Shown here: positions 1 through 9,188 of the stretch, in pieces | How the letters are laid out: each line of letters starts with the position of its first letter | How positions within the stretch are numbered: position 1 is the stretch's first letter | From: an uncultured Eubacteriales bacterium | Lineage (GTDB): Bacteria > Actinomycetota > Coriobacteriia > Anaerosomatales > PALSA-660 | DNA length: 32,920 nucleotides | Assembly (NCBI GenBank): GCA_964533555.1 | Contig: CAZHMA010000003.1 | Coordinates: 2,777 to 35,696 of the forward strand | Reading direction: 5' to 3' | Translations under genes and position numbers: made by a program | Notes under the pieces: generated by a model | Databases searched by the model: none | What the model was told of the DNA's origin: nothing | Seen by the model: the letters and a program-made list of their open reading frames with translations, nothing else

Positions 1-2
1 CC

Positions 3-670
<668 letters not shown>

Positions 671-674
<4 letters not shown>

Positions 675-3196
675 TCCAGTTCCGACTGGCCTGGCGCTAT
701 CTGAAGGGGCGCGGTCTGCGGACCCTCCTGACGACGCTGGCCGTGGTGCTCGGGGTCATGCTCATCTTCGGCATGAACGGCGTCCTGCCCGCGATGGTGA
801 CCGCCTTCCGCGCGGCCACTCTGTCGTCTGCCGGTCAGGTCGACCTGAGCGTGACGTCGGACATCGGCGGGACGTTCGGCACCGACGTGTTCCGCGAAGC
901 GGCCCGCGTTCCGGGTGTCGCGGGCGCCACGCCCTCGCTGCGCCGGCTGGCGGCCCTGCCGCAGAAGCCCGGTCCCGCTGATCCCAACGCGGTCGCGTCG
1001 GTGAACGTCATCGGTGTCGATCCGGCCACGGTCTCCACCGTGCGGACCTTCCCGATCTCCGTCGGCCGCTTCCTTGCCGGGAGCGACGGCGACACCGTGG
1101 TCATGGCCCAGGACCTGGCCGTCAGGCTCGGTCTCCGCGTCGGCGACTACTTCGTCATGCCGTCGTCCGTGGGGACCCAGCGCCTCACAGTCGTCGGCCT
1201 GCTCTCGACGCCCTCCATCCCCGGTCAGGACGAGGTGTTCCTGCCGCTGGCGGCCGCGCAGCGCCTGTTCGCGCTGCCCGACCGCATCAACGCCATCGAC
1301 ATCTCGTACGCGAAGGGCGTGGACAGGGCCGCGGTCGAGGCGGCGATCAGGCGCGCGCTCGGGACGGGGTACACCTTCGGCGGGCTCGGCACGACCGACC
1401 AGCTCCTCGCCAGCATGCAGGTCGCCGAGTTCTCCTTCAATCTGTTCGGCGTGTTCGCCATGGTCGCCGGCGGGTTCATCATCCTCAACACGTTCCGCAC
1501 CGTCGTGTCCGAGCGCCGCCACGACATCGGCATGTTGCGCGCGGTCGGGGCGACGCGCGGGACCGTCGTCGGTATGTTCCTTGTCGAGGCGACCTTCCAG
1601 GGGATACTCGGCACGGCGCTGGGCATCCTTCTCGGCTGGGGTCTTGCGGTCCTGTCCATCGCCAGCCTCGGCGGGGTGACGCAGAAGTTCCTGCACTTCG
1701 CGCTGGGACCGCCGGTCTTCACGCCGACGACGTGGGCGCTCGCGATCTCGCTCGGCATCGTCGTGACGCTGGTGTCCGCGCTCATCCCCGCCGTGTCGGC
1801 GGGGCGGGTCACGCCGCTCGAGGCCCTGCGGCCCGCGCTCGGGTCCGTCTACGAGGCGGCGTCCCGCAGGCGCGGCGTGATCGGCGGGGTCATCTGCGGC
1901 GTATCGGTGGCGCTGCTGGCCACGCGTCAGTCGGGCGCCGCCGCCGGAGGGGCCGTGCTCTTCATCATCGGCCTTTCTCTCGCGGCGCCCATGCTCATCC
2001 AACCGCTCTCCGAGGCGATCGGCCGCTTGTTCGACCTCCTCATGTCGCGCGAGGCCAAGCTCGCCCGCTCCAACCTCCAGCGCAACCCGGGTCGCAGCGC
2101 CACGACGGCGTCCGCGGTCATGATCGCGCTTGCGGTCGTCGTCGCGATGCTCGGGGTGTTCCAGTCGATCTTCGTGGGGTTCGCGGGCTACATCGACAAG
2201 GCGATGGGTGCCGACTTCATGTTCATCCCGGGCAACATCGTGCTCGCTCAGGGCAACGTCGCTGCGGGACCGCGCCTTGTGACCGAGATCTCGCACACGC
2301 CGGGCATCGCAGCGGTAGGGACACTGCGGATCACCACCGCGAAGGTCAACGGCGCCTCGGTCCAGGTCGTCGGCATCGACCCGGTGGTCTATCCGAAGGT
2401 GGCCGACTTCGTGTGGCAGACCGGGTCCGCATCCACCGCCGTGACCTCTCTCGGCACGGGGCGCCAGCTCATCGCGAACGCCATCTACGCGTCACAGAAC
2501 GGCCTCAACGTGGGCGACCTCGTCATGCTCGAGACGCCGAAGGGCACGGTCGGCTACCGCGTCGCAGGGATCGGCAGCGACTACCTGAACGCCAAGCTCG
2601 CGACCATCTACATCTCGCAGTCGGAACTCAGGAAGGAGTTCGACGTCACGTCGGACGTGATGGTGATGGCCACGCTCAGACCCGGGGCGGACCGTGCCGC
2701 CGCAAAGCGCGCCCTCGACACGGTCGTCGCGGACTTCCCGGCGTTTCGGCTGTACGAGTCCAAGGCCTGGAAGGCAGAGCAGATGACCACGTTCGACCAG
2801 ACGATGGTCTTCATGTACTCGCTCATCGGCGTGCTCGCCCTGCCGTCGCTGCTCGCGCTCATGAACACGCTCGCCATGAGCGTGCTCGCGCGTACGCGTG
2901 AGATCGGGATGCTGCGTGCGGTCGGTTCCACGCGGACCCAGGTGAAGCGCATGGTGCTGGCGGAATCACTGCTGCTGGCCGCGATCGGCACGCTGTTCGG
3001 CGTGGTGGCCGGCGTCTGGCTGGGCTACGCGCTCGTCGAGGCGACGAACACGCTCTTCCCGATGCCGTACACGTTCCCGACCGGCGGAGTGATCACGGCG
3101 GTCGTCGTCGGCATCGTCTTCGGCATGATGGCGGCTTGGCTGCCCGCGCGTTCGGCGTCCAAGTTGGACGTCGTCGCGGCGCTGCACTACGAGTAG
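671..3196 (+). CDS. ABC transporter permease with two FtsX domains (MacB-type, 841 aa)
   Basis: Long GC3-rich ORF with multiple TM segments. Two copies of the FtsX-type cytoplasmic loop motif (RRHDIGMLRAVGATRGTV and RTREIGMLRAVGSTRTQV). Translationally coupled to the upstream ATPase. Confidence 0.9.
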
Positions 3197-3230
3197 GCGG
3201 TCCCCAGTCCGCTATCATGTGCGCGAGCGC

Positions 3231-3248
3231 ATAAGCGCTCCCGCTTAT
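3231..3248 (+). terminator. Small hairpin after the permease gene (ATAAGCG-CTCC-CGCTTAT)
   Basis: 7-bp perfect stem with a 4-nt loop, 35 nt after the TAG at 3194-3196. There is no U-tract, so function is uncertain. Confidence 0.25.
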
Positions 3249-3276
3249 CGCATACCGCCGGGAGGCGCGAAACCGC

Positions 3277-4506
3277 ATGCCAGTCCGCCGCCACTACGAG
3301 GACGTCCGTGTAGAGGGACACCTCATCGACAGCCTCATCATGAGCCGGATCATGGACGACATCGTCGAGCTCGGCGGCGAATTCGAGACGTTGGAGTTCG
3401 AGGTCGGCCGCACGAACCAGGACCCGTCGCATGCGCTGCTGCGGGTCATCGGCAACGACGCCGAGCACCTCGACCGCATCATGACCGCGGTGCAGGACCA
3501 CGGGGCGGTGCCCGTGGACCCGTCGGACGCCGAGTCCGTGCCGGCGCCCGCCGACGGGGTCTTCCCGGAGGGCTTCTACTCGACCACCAACATGGAGACG
3601 TGGGTACGCATCAGCGGTACCTGGGTGCGTTCCTCCGGCCCGGAGATGGACCTCGGCATCCGCGTCGATCCCGTCGCGGGGACCGCCGAAGGCGTGCCCA
3701 TCAACGACGTCCGGGCCGGGGACCTGTACGTAGTGGGCCACAAGGGGCTGCGCGTGATGCCGGTCGAGCGCCCGCGTGACAAGCAGGCGTTCGAGTTCAT
3801 GAACTCGTCCGTGTCCTCGGAGAAGCCCAAGGCGCAGATCGTCGCCGAGGTAGCGCGCCTGCTTCGCCGGGTGAAGTCCGAAGGCAAGGCCGCGATAGCG
3901 GTCGTCGGACCGGCGGTGGTCCACACGGGGGCGGCGCCGCATCTGGCGAGGCTCTTCGAGATGGGGTATCTCAACGTGCTCTTCGGCGGGAACGCCGTGG
4001 CCACGCACGACGTCGAGTGGGCGCTGTACGGCACCTCGCTGGGGGTGCGGCTCGATGACGGGACCATCGTCCCGGGCGGACACGAGCACCACCTGCGCGC
4101 CATCAACCGCATCCGCGCCGCGGGAGGCTTCGCGGAGGCGGTCGAGAAGGGCGTGCTCACGAAGGGCCTCATGCACACGCTCGTGAAGAACCGGACGCCC
4201 TACGTGCTTGCGGGGTCGATCCGCGATGACGGTCCGATGCCCGGCGTGATCACGGACGTCATTGAGGCCCAGGCGGCCATGCGCGAATGGTGCCGGGAGG
4301 CCGGCGCCTGCCTCATGTTCTCGACGATGCTGCACTCGATCGCTACCGGCAACATGCTGCCCGCGTCCGTGACGACCGTGTGCGTGGACATCAACCCGGC
4401 GGTCGTGACGAAGCTCGCCGACCGCGGCTCGTTCCAGACGGTCGGCGTGGTGACGGACGTGGGGCTCTTCCTGGAGCAGCTCGCCGACGAGCTGGCCAAG
4501 TCCTAG
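3277..4506 (+). CDS. TIGR00300 / LOR-SDH-like family protein (putative ornithine cyclodeaminase-type enzyme)
   Basis: N-terminus VRVEGHLIDSLIMSRIMDDIVELGGEFETLEFEVGRT and the central GPAVVHTGAAP...LFGGNAVATHD...GGHEHHLRAIN...VLAGSIRDDGP blocks match my memory of the TIGR00300 family. GGGAGG at 3260-3265. Confidence 0.7.
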   Translation: MPVRRHYEDVRVEGHLIDSLIMSRIMDDIVELGGEFETLEFEVGRTNQDPSHALLRVIGNDAEHLDRIMTAVQDHGAVPVDPSDAESVPAPADGVFPEGFYSTTNMETWVRISGTWVRSSGPEMDLGIRVDPVAGTAEGVPINDVRAGDLYVVGHKGLRVMPVERPRDKQAFEFMNSSVSSEKPKAQIVAEVARLLRRVKSEGKAAIAVVGPAVVHTGAAPHLARLFEMGYLNVLFGGNAVATHDVEWALYGTSLGVRLDDGTIVPGGHEHHLRAINRIRAAGGFAEAVEKGVLTKGLMHTLVKNRTPYVLAGSIRDDGPMPGVITDVIEAQAAMREWCREAGACLMFSTMLHSIATGNMLPASVTTVCVDINPAVVTKLADRGSFQTVGVVTDVGLFLEQLADELAKS

Positions 4507-4507
4507 G

Positions 4508-4535
4508 AAGGCCGGACCGCGAGGCACCCGGCCTT
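4508..4535. terminator. Hairpin between convergent genes (AAGGCCGG-N12-CCGGCCTT)
   Basis: 8-bp perfect inverted repeat sitting exactly in the 33-nt gap between the stop codons at 4506 and 4540. Confidence 0.4.
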
Positions 4536-4539
4536 GGCG

Positions 4540-5121
4540 CTAGAACAGGTCCGAGATCCCCTGCATCGTCTCGCCCGCGTGCTCCGTCTGCCAGTCCTCG
4601 ACCGTGAAGTAGAACCGCGGGTTCTGGACGACACCCATGCTGCGGGTGAGCTCCAGGACGCCGACGAGGAGCTCCTCGTTCTCGAGCAGCAGATCGAGCG
4701 CGTCCGGCCTGATGAAGTCCGACGTGACCGGCGCCGGCTTCAGGAACGACGAGCGGTCGCCGATGCGGACGACGATGTCGTAGCACAGGTTGCCCTGCCC
4801 GATGATCTCGATCTCCGGCGCGTCGGGTCCTTCGCCGATCCGCTCGACCCACGACTGTCCCCGCATCTCGAGGGGAGCGAACTTCGCGAGCCCCTCGAAG
4901 TCGGTCGCCATGATGAAGGGCGACGACGGGAGCTCGGCAAGCACCTCGCGGAGGTTGAGCGCCGAGACGAGCGTACGGCGGGACACGACGTCGCACAGGA
5001 GTCCGACCGCGACCCCCACCTCGGAGACCGAGGTCGAGTTGATGACCGCCTTGATGAGCGATCCGTCTTCGGAGTCCGCGCGTACCCTCAGCTCGAGGAG
5101 CGCGGCGGTGGCGACATTCAT
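4540..5121 (-). CDS. Hypothetical protein (193 aa, soluble, acidic), family not recognised
   Basis: GC3-rich ORF with an ATG start at 5121 and no competing real gene on the other strand. I see no motif I recognise. Confidence 0.6.
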   Translation of the reverse strand: MNVATAALLELRVRADSEDGSLIKAVINSTSVSEVGVAVGLLCDVVSRRTLVSALNLREVLAELPSSPFIMATDFEGLAKFAPLEMRGQSWVERIGEGPDAPEIEIIGQGNLCYDIVVRIGDRSSFLKPAPVTSDFIRPDALDLLLENEELLVGVLELTRSMGVVQNPRFYFTVEDWQTEHAGETMQGISDLF

Positions 5122-5337
5122 GGTCTCACTGCCAGTTCAGAGTCTGTGATGGATCCGGCTCGATGCACTGATATGTATCGGTGCGCGGCGCCCCGAGGTT
5201 AACGCCTTCAGTCAAACGGTCGGCCCGCTCGTCCGATCGGTACGACCGGAAGTCGCCGCCGCGCGGTCTCCTCGTGAGCCCGTTCGGGCATGCCGCTTGC
5301 TCCTGTGAAGTTCGCGTACCCGCAACAGGAGGCAGCG

Positions 5338-6039
5338 ATGTTCTTGCCAAGCCGCGAAGGCGACTACCGTTCGGTCCCCGCGCTCGACGCCGCGCGCCAC
5401 GACGACGTCCGGACGGCCACCTTCTCACTCGGTTGATTCTGGGGACCTGACGCCCGGTTCGGGAGTCTGCCCGGAGTCATCCGCACGCGCGTGGGCTACG
5501 CCGGGGGCACGACGCCGGATCCGACCTACCACGCGATGGGGGACCACACCGAGACCGTGGAGATCGACTACGACCCGTCGGTGATCTCGTACGACGACCT
5601 GCTGGGGGTCTTCTGGCAGGGCCACGACCCGCGACGCCCGTCGGGTTCGGTCCAGTACCGGTCCGCCATCCTGTACCGGACGGAGGAGGAGCGCGCGGAG
5701 GCGGAGGCCTCGCTCGAGCGAGTTCGCCGTGTTCTCGGCACCGTGGTCACCTCGGTCGAGCCGCTGAAGCACTTCCACCCGGCCGAGGACTATCACCAGA
5801 AGTACTACCTGCGCGCCCGACGGGAACTCATGGCGGAGTTTCGCGCCATGTGTCCGGCGGACGGGGATCTCGTCGACTCGACCGCGGCCGCGCGAGTGAA
5901 CGGCTGGCTGGACGGGTACGGGACGACTGAGGAGATCAAGGACGACCTTCCTCGGACGGGCCTGTCCCATTCGGCCCAGCGCGAGCTGCAGTCCCGCATA
6001 CACCGTTCTCGCGGCGGCCTGTTCGCCCGGACCGGGTGA
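5338..6039 (+). CDS. msrA: Peptide-methionine (S)-S-oxide reductase MsrA with in-frame UGA (candidate selenocysteine, codon 33)
   Basis: ATG 5338 is preceded by AGGAGG (5327-5332, 5-nt spacer). Frame 1 reads [66 protein letters not shown]..., which is the GCFWG active site with TGA in place of Cys. The ORF-track fragment 5491..6039 is the same frame downstream. Confidence 0.75.
5441..5472 (+). promoter_or_regulatory. SECIS-like recoding hairpin downstream of UGA 5434-5436
   Basis: Upper hairpin is 5449-5467: GAC-G-CCC-GGUUC-GGG-A-GUC (3 bp, 1x1 mismatch, 3 bp, 5-nt loop containing GGU). It starts 12 nt after the UGA. A possible lower stem pairs GGG 5442-5444 with CCC 5470-5472. Confidence 0.5.
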
Positions 6040-6074
6040 CGGCGCGTCCGTCGAGCCGGACAAGGGAGCGCACC

Positions 6075-6476
6075 ATGGCATGCAATGTTCGACACACCGA
6101 CGAAGAGTGGCTGCGGATCCTGACGGCCGACCAGTACAGGGTCCTTCGGCAGCAAGGCACGGAGCCGCCGTTCGCCAACGAGTGGTGGGACGAGCACCGT
6201 GAAGGCGTCTACCGATGTGCCGGCTGCGGGGCGCCGCTGTTCGACGGGCGCGACAAGTACGATTCCGGAACCGGCTGGCCGAGTTTCAGCCGTCCCATCG
6301 CGGATGACGCGGTAGAGGAGCACGTGGACCGGGGCGCGGGCATGGTCCGCACCGAGGTGCACTGCGCGCGCTGCTGCGGACACCTGGGGCATGTGTTCGA
6401 CGACGGCCCCGCCCCGACCCGACTGCGCTTCTGCATGAACTCCGCGGCGCTGCAGTTCGAGCCGCGCGCAGACTGA
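6075..6476 (+). CDS. msrB: Peptide-methionine (R)-S-oxide reductase MsrB
   Basis: Motifs: QGTEPPF, two CxxC pairs (CAGCG, CARCCGHLGHVF), GTGWPSF, catalytic RFCMNS. AAGGGAG at 6062-6068 lies before ATG 6075, so the ORF-track start at 6036 is probably too long. Confidence 0.9.
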   Translation: MACNVRHTDEEWLRILTADQYRVLRQQGTEPPFANEWWDEHREGVYRCAGCGAPLFDGRDKYDSGTGWPSFSRPIADDAVEEHVDRGAGMVRTEVHCARCCGHLGHVFDDGPAPTRLRFCMNSAALQFEPRAD

Positions 6477-6497
6477 GGCTTGCCGGTCCGCCCGGAC

Positions 6498-7316
6498 TCA
6501 GCGCACGCCCACCCCGGTCAGCTCCTCGCTCAGCTGCCAAAGACTCTCCTGCAGCCCCTTGTCCGTCGCCGCCGGCGCCGGGTGTGCGGGGTGCTGGTTC
6601 ACGAAGTAGCGTCCGGTGGTGTCCTCGACGTCGGCCGAGGCCGCCAGGTAGACCGAGGTGGCCGCACCGATGCTCGGCGCGGCACCGGTCTGTCCGGGGA
6701 ACCCGGCGTGCAGCAGCTTCGTCTCGATGATCCCCGGGTGCAGGGCGTTGCACGTGACGTCCGTTCCCGCGAAGCGCGCGGCTGCCTCGAACGCGAAGAG
6801 CACGTTGGCCAGCTTGGAGTCCGCGTACGCCCCGTAGCCGTCCCACGCCTTCGCGTAGGTCGGGTCGTCCAGAGGGACGCGGCCGCGGAAGTGCGCGACG
6901 GAACTCACCGCGATCACGCGGGCGGGGGCGCTCTCGAGCAGCAGGCGGTTCAGGAGTCCGGTCAGGGCGAACGCCGCCAGGTGGTTGACCGCGAACGTGG
7001 ACTCGTTGCCGTCGACCGTGAGCGTCCGTTCGGTCATGAACGTGCCCGCGTTGTTCACGAGGACGTCGAGGCGTCCCGCCGCCCGCTCGATCTGCGCCGC
7101 CAGGTCCCGGACGTCGGACAGCGAGGCCAGGTCCGCTGTCAGGGGAACGTACTCGCCTTCGGTCCCTTGCCGCTCCATGGCGTCGGCGGCCTCGATCGCG
7201 CCCGCCCGCGTACGCCCGTGGACGAGCACGCGCGCGCCCATGCGTCCGAGCTGAAGGGCGGTCTCGTATCCTATGCCGCTGGTCGCGCCGGTCACGACGA
7301 CCGTCTTGCCGGTCAT
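6498..7316 (-). CDS. Short-chain dehydrogenase/reductase (SDR) family oxidoreductase
   Basis: Motifs: TGATSGIGYE (TGxxxGxG), NNAG, YADSK (YxxxK). Start set at MTGKTVVVTG (ATG 7316); the 90 upstream codons in the ORF track have no SDR counterpart. Confidence 0.85.
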   Translation of the reverse strand: MTGKTVVVTGATSGIGYETALQLGRMGARVLVHGRTRAGAIEAADAMERQGTEGEYVPLTADLASLSDVRDLAAQIERAAGRLDVLVNNAGTFMTERTLTVDGNESTFAVNHLAAFALTGLLNRLLLESAPARVIAVSSVAHFRGRVPLDDPTYAKAWDGYGAYADSKLANVLFAFEAAARFAGTDVTCNALHPGIIETKLLHAGFPGQTGAAPSIGAATSVYLAASADVEDTTGRYFVNQHPAHPAPAATDKGLQESLWQLSEELTGVGVR

Positions 7317-7512
7317 CACGCCCACTGGTCGCTCCCCCCTCGGCGGTCGCGCGGCGATTGTGCGCGCGTCGTCCGCGGGCGACCGCGGCCTCCCCGCCGC
7401 GGTCTCCTGCCACGATGTTCTCATATCCGGGGTTGTCCGCGGGGGGCATATTCGCCGCGTTCGGGTACCATCGAGTGGGGCCCGACGGGCCCGAGACGAG
7501 AGGGGGCCGACC

Positions 7513-8001
7513 ATGGCCGATGACACCGGGCCGACGCCCGAGGAGCCGACGGCATCCGCGCCTGCCGGCGAGCAGGCCAACGACACCTGGGACGATCTGG
7601 GACGTCAGCTGAACGAACTGGGTGCCGCCATCGGGCGCGCGGTACGGGCCGCGGTGGACGACCCGGAGAACAGGCGCCGGGCCGCCGAGCTGCGCGACGA
7701 GGTCGAGTCCATGGCGCGCAGCGTGGGGGAGGCGCTGGACGAGGCCACCTCGTCACCTCACGGGCAGCGCGTGAAGGAGGAGGTCGGCAAGGCCGCCGAG
7801 TCGGTGGCCGCCGCCGGACGAAAAGTGGCCGAGGACGTTCGGCCGCACCTCATCGAAGCCGCGCGCACCGCGAGCGAGAAGCTCAGGGAGGCCGCAGCCG
7901 GCATGGAGAAGCGGGCGAACGAGGCGCAGCAGGCTGAGAGCGACGCGACCGCCCCGGCTGGCGACTCCGCGCCGGGGGCCCCGAAGGAGGACCAGCCGTG
8001 A
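7513..8001 (+). CDS. Hypothetical Ala/Glu-rich amphipathic-helix protein (162 aa)
   Basis: ATG 7513 follows GAGAGGGGG (7497-7505). Low-complexity helical repeats (AAELRDEVESMARSVGEALDEA..., GKAAESVAAAGRKVAEDV...). The stop overlaps the next start (GTGA). Confidence 0.6.
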   Translation: MADDTGPTPEEPTASAPAGEQANDTWDDLGRQLNELGAAIGRAVRAAVDDPENRRRAAELRDEVESMARSVGEALDEATSSPHGQRVKEEVGKAAESVAAAGRKVAEDVRPHLIEAARTASEKLREAAAGMEKRANEAQQAESDATAPAGDSAPGAPKEDQP

Positions 8002-8405
8002 GCGACGAGACCGGATACGTTCCCGCCCCTGCTCCCGAGCCCGCGCCGGTGACGTCCGGAGGCGGTCGAGGCAAGTCAGGTCCCGGCTGGATCGCCGGGC
8101 TCGTCCTGATAGCGCTCGGCGTGGCGTTCATGCTGCAGAACGTCCTCACACTGCCTGCGCGGTGGTGGACGGTCTTCATCTACATCCCGGCGCTCGTCAG
8201 CTTCTACAACTCGTTCCGCACGTGGCGCAAGGACGGCCGCTTCTCGCCCGCGGCAAGCGGGTCCCTTACCGGCGCTCTCCTCCTGACCACGGTGGCGACG
8301 ATCCTGGCCCTCGATCTCGACTGGGGCCAGGCGTGGCCGGCGATCCTCATCGTGATCGGCATCGGGCTGGTTCTGGGCAGCGTGCTCGGACGCGGGAAGG
8401 CATGA
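7998..8405 (+). CDS. Small integral membrane protein, LiaI/LiaF-TM-like (135 aa)
   Basis: Pro-rich N-tail followed by about 4 TM helices (GWIAGLVLIALGVAFMLQNV..., WPAILIVIGIGLVLGSVLG). GTG 7998 overlaps the upstream stop. The family assignment is from resemblance only. Confidence 0.6.
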   Translation: MSDETGYVPAPAPEPAPVTSGGGRGKSGPGWIAGLVLIALGVAFMLQNVLTLPARWWTVFIYIPALVSFYNSFRTWRKDGRFSPAASGSLTGALLLTTVATILALDLDWGQAWPAILIVIGIGLVLGSVLGRGKA

Positions 8406-9097
8406 CGGGCGGCGCCCGTCTGCGCGTGACCCCGGGCTCCGAGCAGGCGCGTCGGCTCTCGGCCTCGGACCCGCGGATGGCCGCGCTCGTCGACGCGGTC
8501 GGCACAGTGGACGTCGGCCTGACGCCGGACCGCTTCACGTCCCTGGCTCGTGCGATCGTCGGTCAGCAGCTCTCGACCAAGGCGGCGTCCACCATCTGGT
8601 CGCGTTTCGCCGCGCTCGGCCCTGTCGCCCCCGAGGCTGTCCTCGGCCTCGGCGACGCCGAACTGCGGGGCGCGGGCCTATCCGGGGGCAAGGTGAGCTA
8701 CCTCCGCGACCTGGCGCAGCGCATCGTGACCGGCGACCTCGACCTCGACGCACTCGACGAACTAGATGATGACGAGGTGATCTGTGAGGTCACCCGGGTG
8801 AAGGGCATAGGCCGCTGGACCGGCGAGATGTTCCTGATCTTCTCGCTGGGTCGACCCGATGTGCTTGCCTTGGACGACGCCGGGCTCCTGCGGTCCGCGG
8901 GATGGGTCCTCGAACTGGGCCGACCGGCCACCGCAGCAGAGCTTGCCGCGGCCGGCGAGGCGTGGCGGCCGCTGCGCACGACAGCCTCGCTCTACCTGTG
9001 GGCGGCGCTCGATGCGCGGCTCGTCGCGCGAGACGGACAGCCGGGAGGCCTGACGCCCAGGGTTCCGTCGCCCGACGAGGGCGCGCCGGCGGTGTGA
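8402..9097 (+). CDS. DNA-3-methyladenine glycosylase II family protein (HhH-GPD, AlkA-like)
   Basis: Motifs: ARAIVGQQLSTKAA, GLSGGKVSYLRDLA, HhH-GPD block VKGIGRWTGEMFLIFSLGRPDVLALDDAGL. ATG 8402 overlaps the upstream TGA (ATGA). Confidence 0.85.
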   Translation: MTGGARLRVTPGSEQARRLSASDPRMAALVDAVGTVDVGLTPDRFTSLARAIVGQQLSTKAASTIWSRFAALGPVAPEAVLGLGDAELRGAGLSGGKVSYLRDLAQRIVTGDLDLDALDELDDDEVICEVTRVKGIGRWTGEMFLIFSLGRPDVLALDDAGLLRSAGWVLELGRPATAAELAAAGEAWRPLRTTASLYLWAALDARLVARDGQPGGLTPRVPSPDEGAPAV

Positions 9098-9188
9098 GGC
9101 CGGGCGTGTCCACGGCGCCCATCGCGGGTACAGTAGTCGTGGGGCAGGGGTACAGGGGCGACGTGGGAACGCGCGGGGAGGCGCTGCC

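Noticed and set aside
3187-4527. A 446-aa minus-strand ORF. Similar long antisense or off-frame ORFs occur at 1014..1679, 1732..2901, 6286..7449, 6480..7523, 9350..10513, 10958..11914, 12162..13202, 13898..14722, 14395..15345, 15608..16954, 16549..17535, 17568..18509, 19236..21008, 20419..21774, 22917..23855, 23255..24709 and 24463..26148.
   Set aside because: All of them overlap, on the opposite strand or out of frame, genes with clear family signatures. Their translations are dominated by R/G/P/A/H/D runs. Stop-poor alternative frames of this kind are expected in high-GC DNA.
5434-5436. The TGA in msrA read as a simple inactivating nonsense mutation (pseudogene), or as evidence of a reassigned genetic code.
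   Set aside because: A reassigned code is rejected because TGA terminates several well-defined genes here (for example 674, 6039, 6476). The pseudogene reading is not fully excluded. It is disfavoured because the TGA falls exactly on the catalytic Cys codon, the SD, start and flanking codons are intact, and a SECIS-like hairpin lies at the right distance. The gene is kept as a Sec candidate pending a check for selABCD.
5181-5450. An 89-aa plus-strand ORF overlapping the msrA 5' region.
   Set aside because: It is in a different frame from the conserved MsrA N-terminal peptide, has no SD, and its product is basic low-complexity sequence. The MsrA frame explains the region.
6498-7586. N-terminally extended versions of real genes as listed in the ORF track: 6498..7586, 7273..8001, 8162..9097, 9287..10924, 13227..13892, 13850..14662, 13960..15393, 16489..17547, 20194..21027, 22002..22916, 22830..23900, 24016..25239, 25236..26408 and 30003..32798.
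   Set aside because: The extensions overlap neighbouring genes or intergenic promoters, lack homology-like motifs, and bypass internal ATG/GTG codons that have good SD sequences or 4-nt stop/start overlaps. The shorter starts were used.
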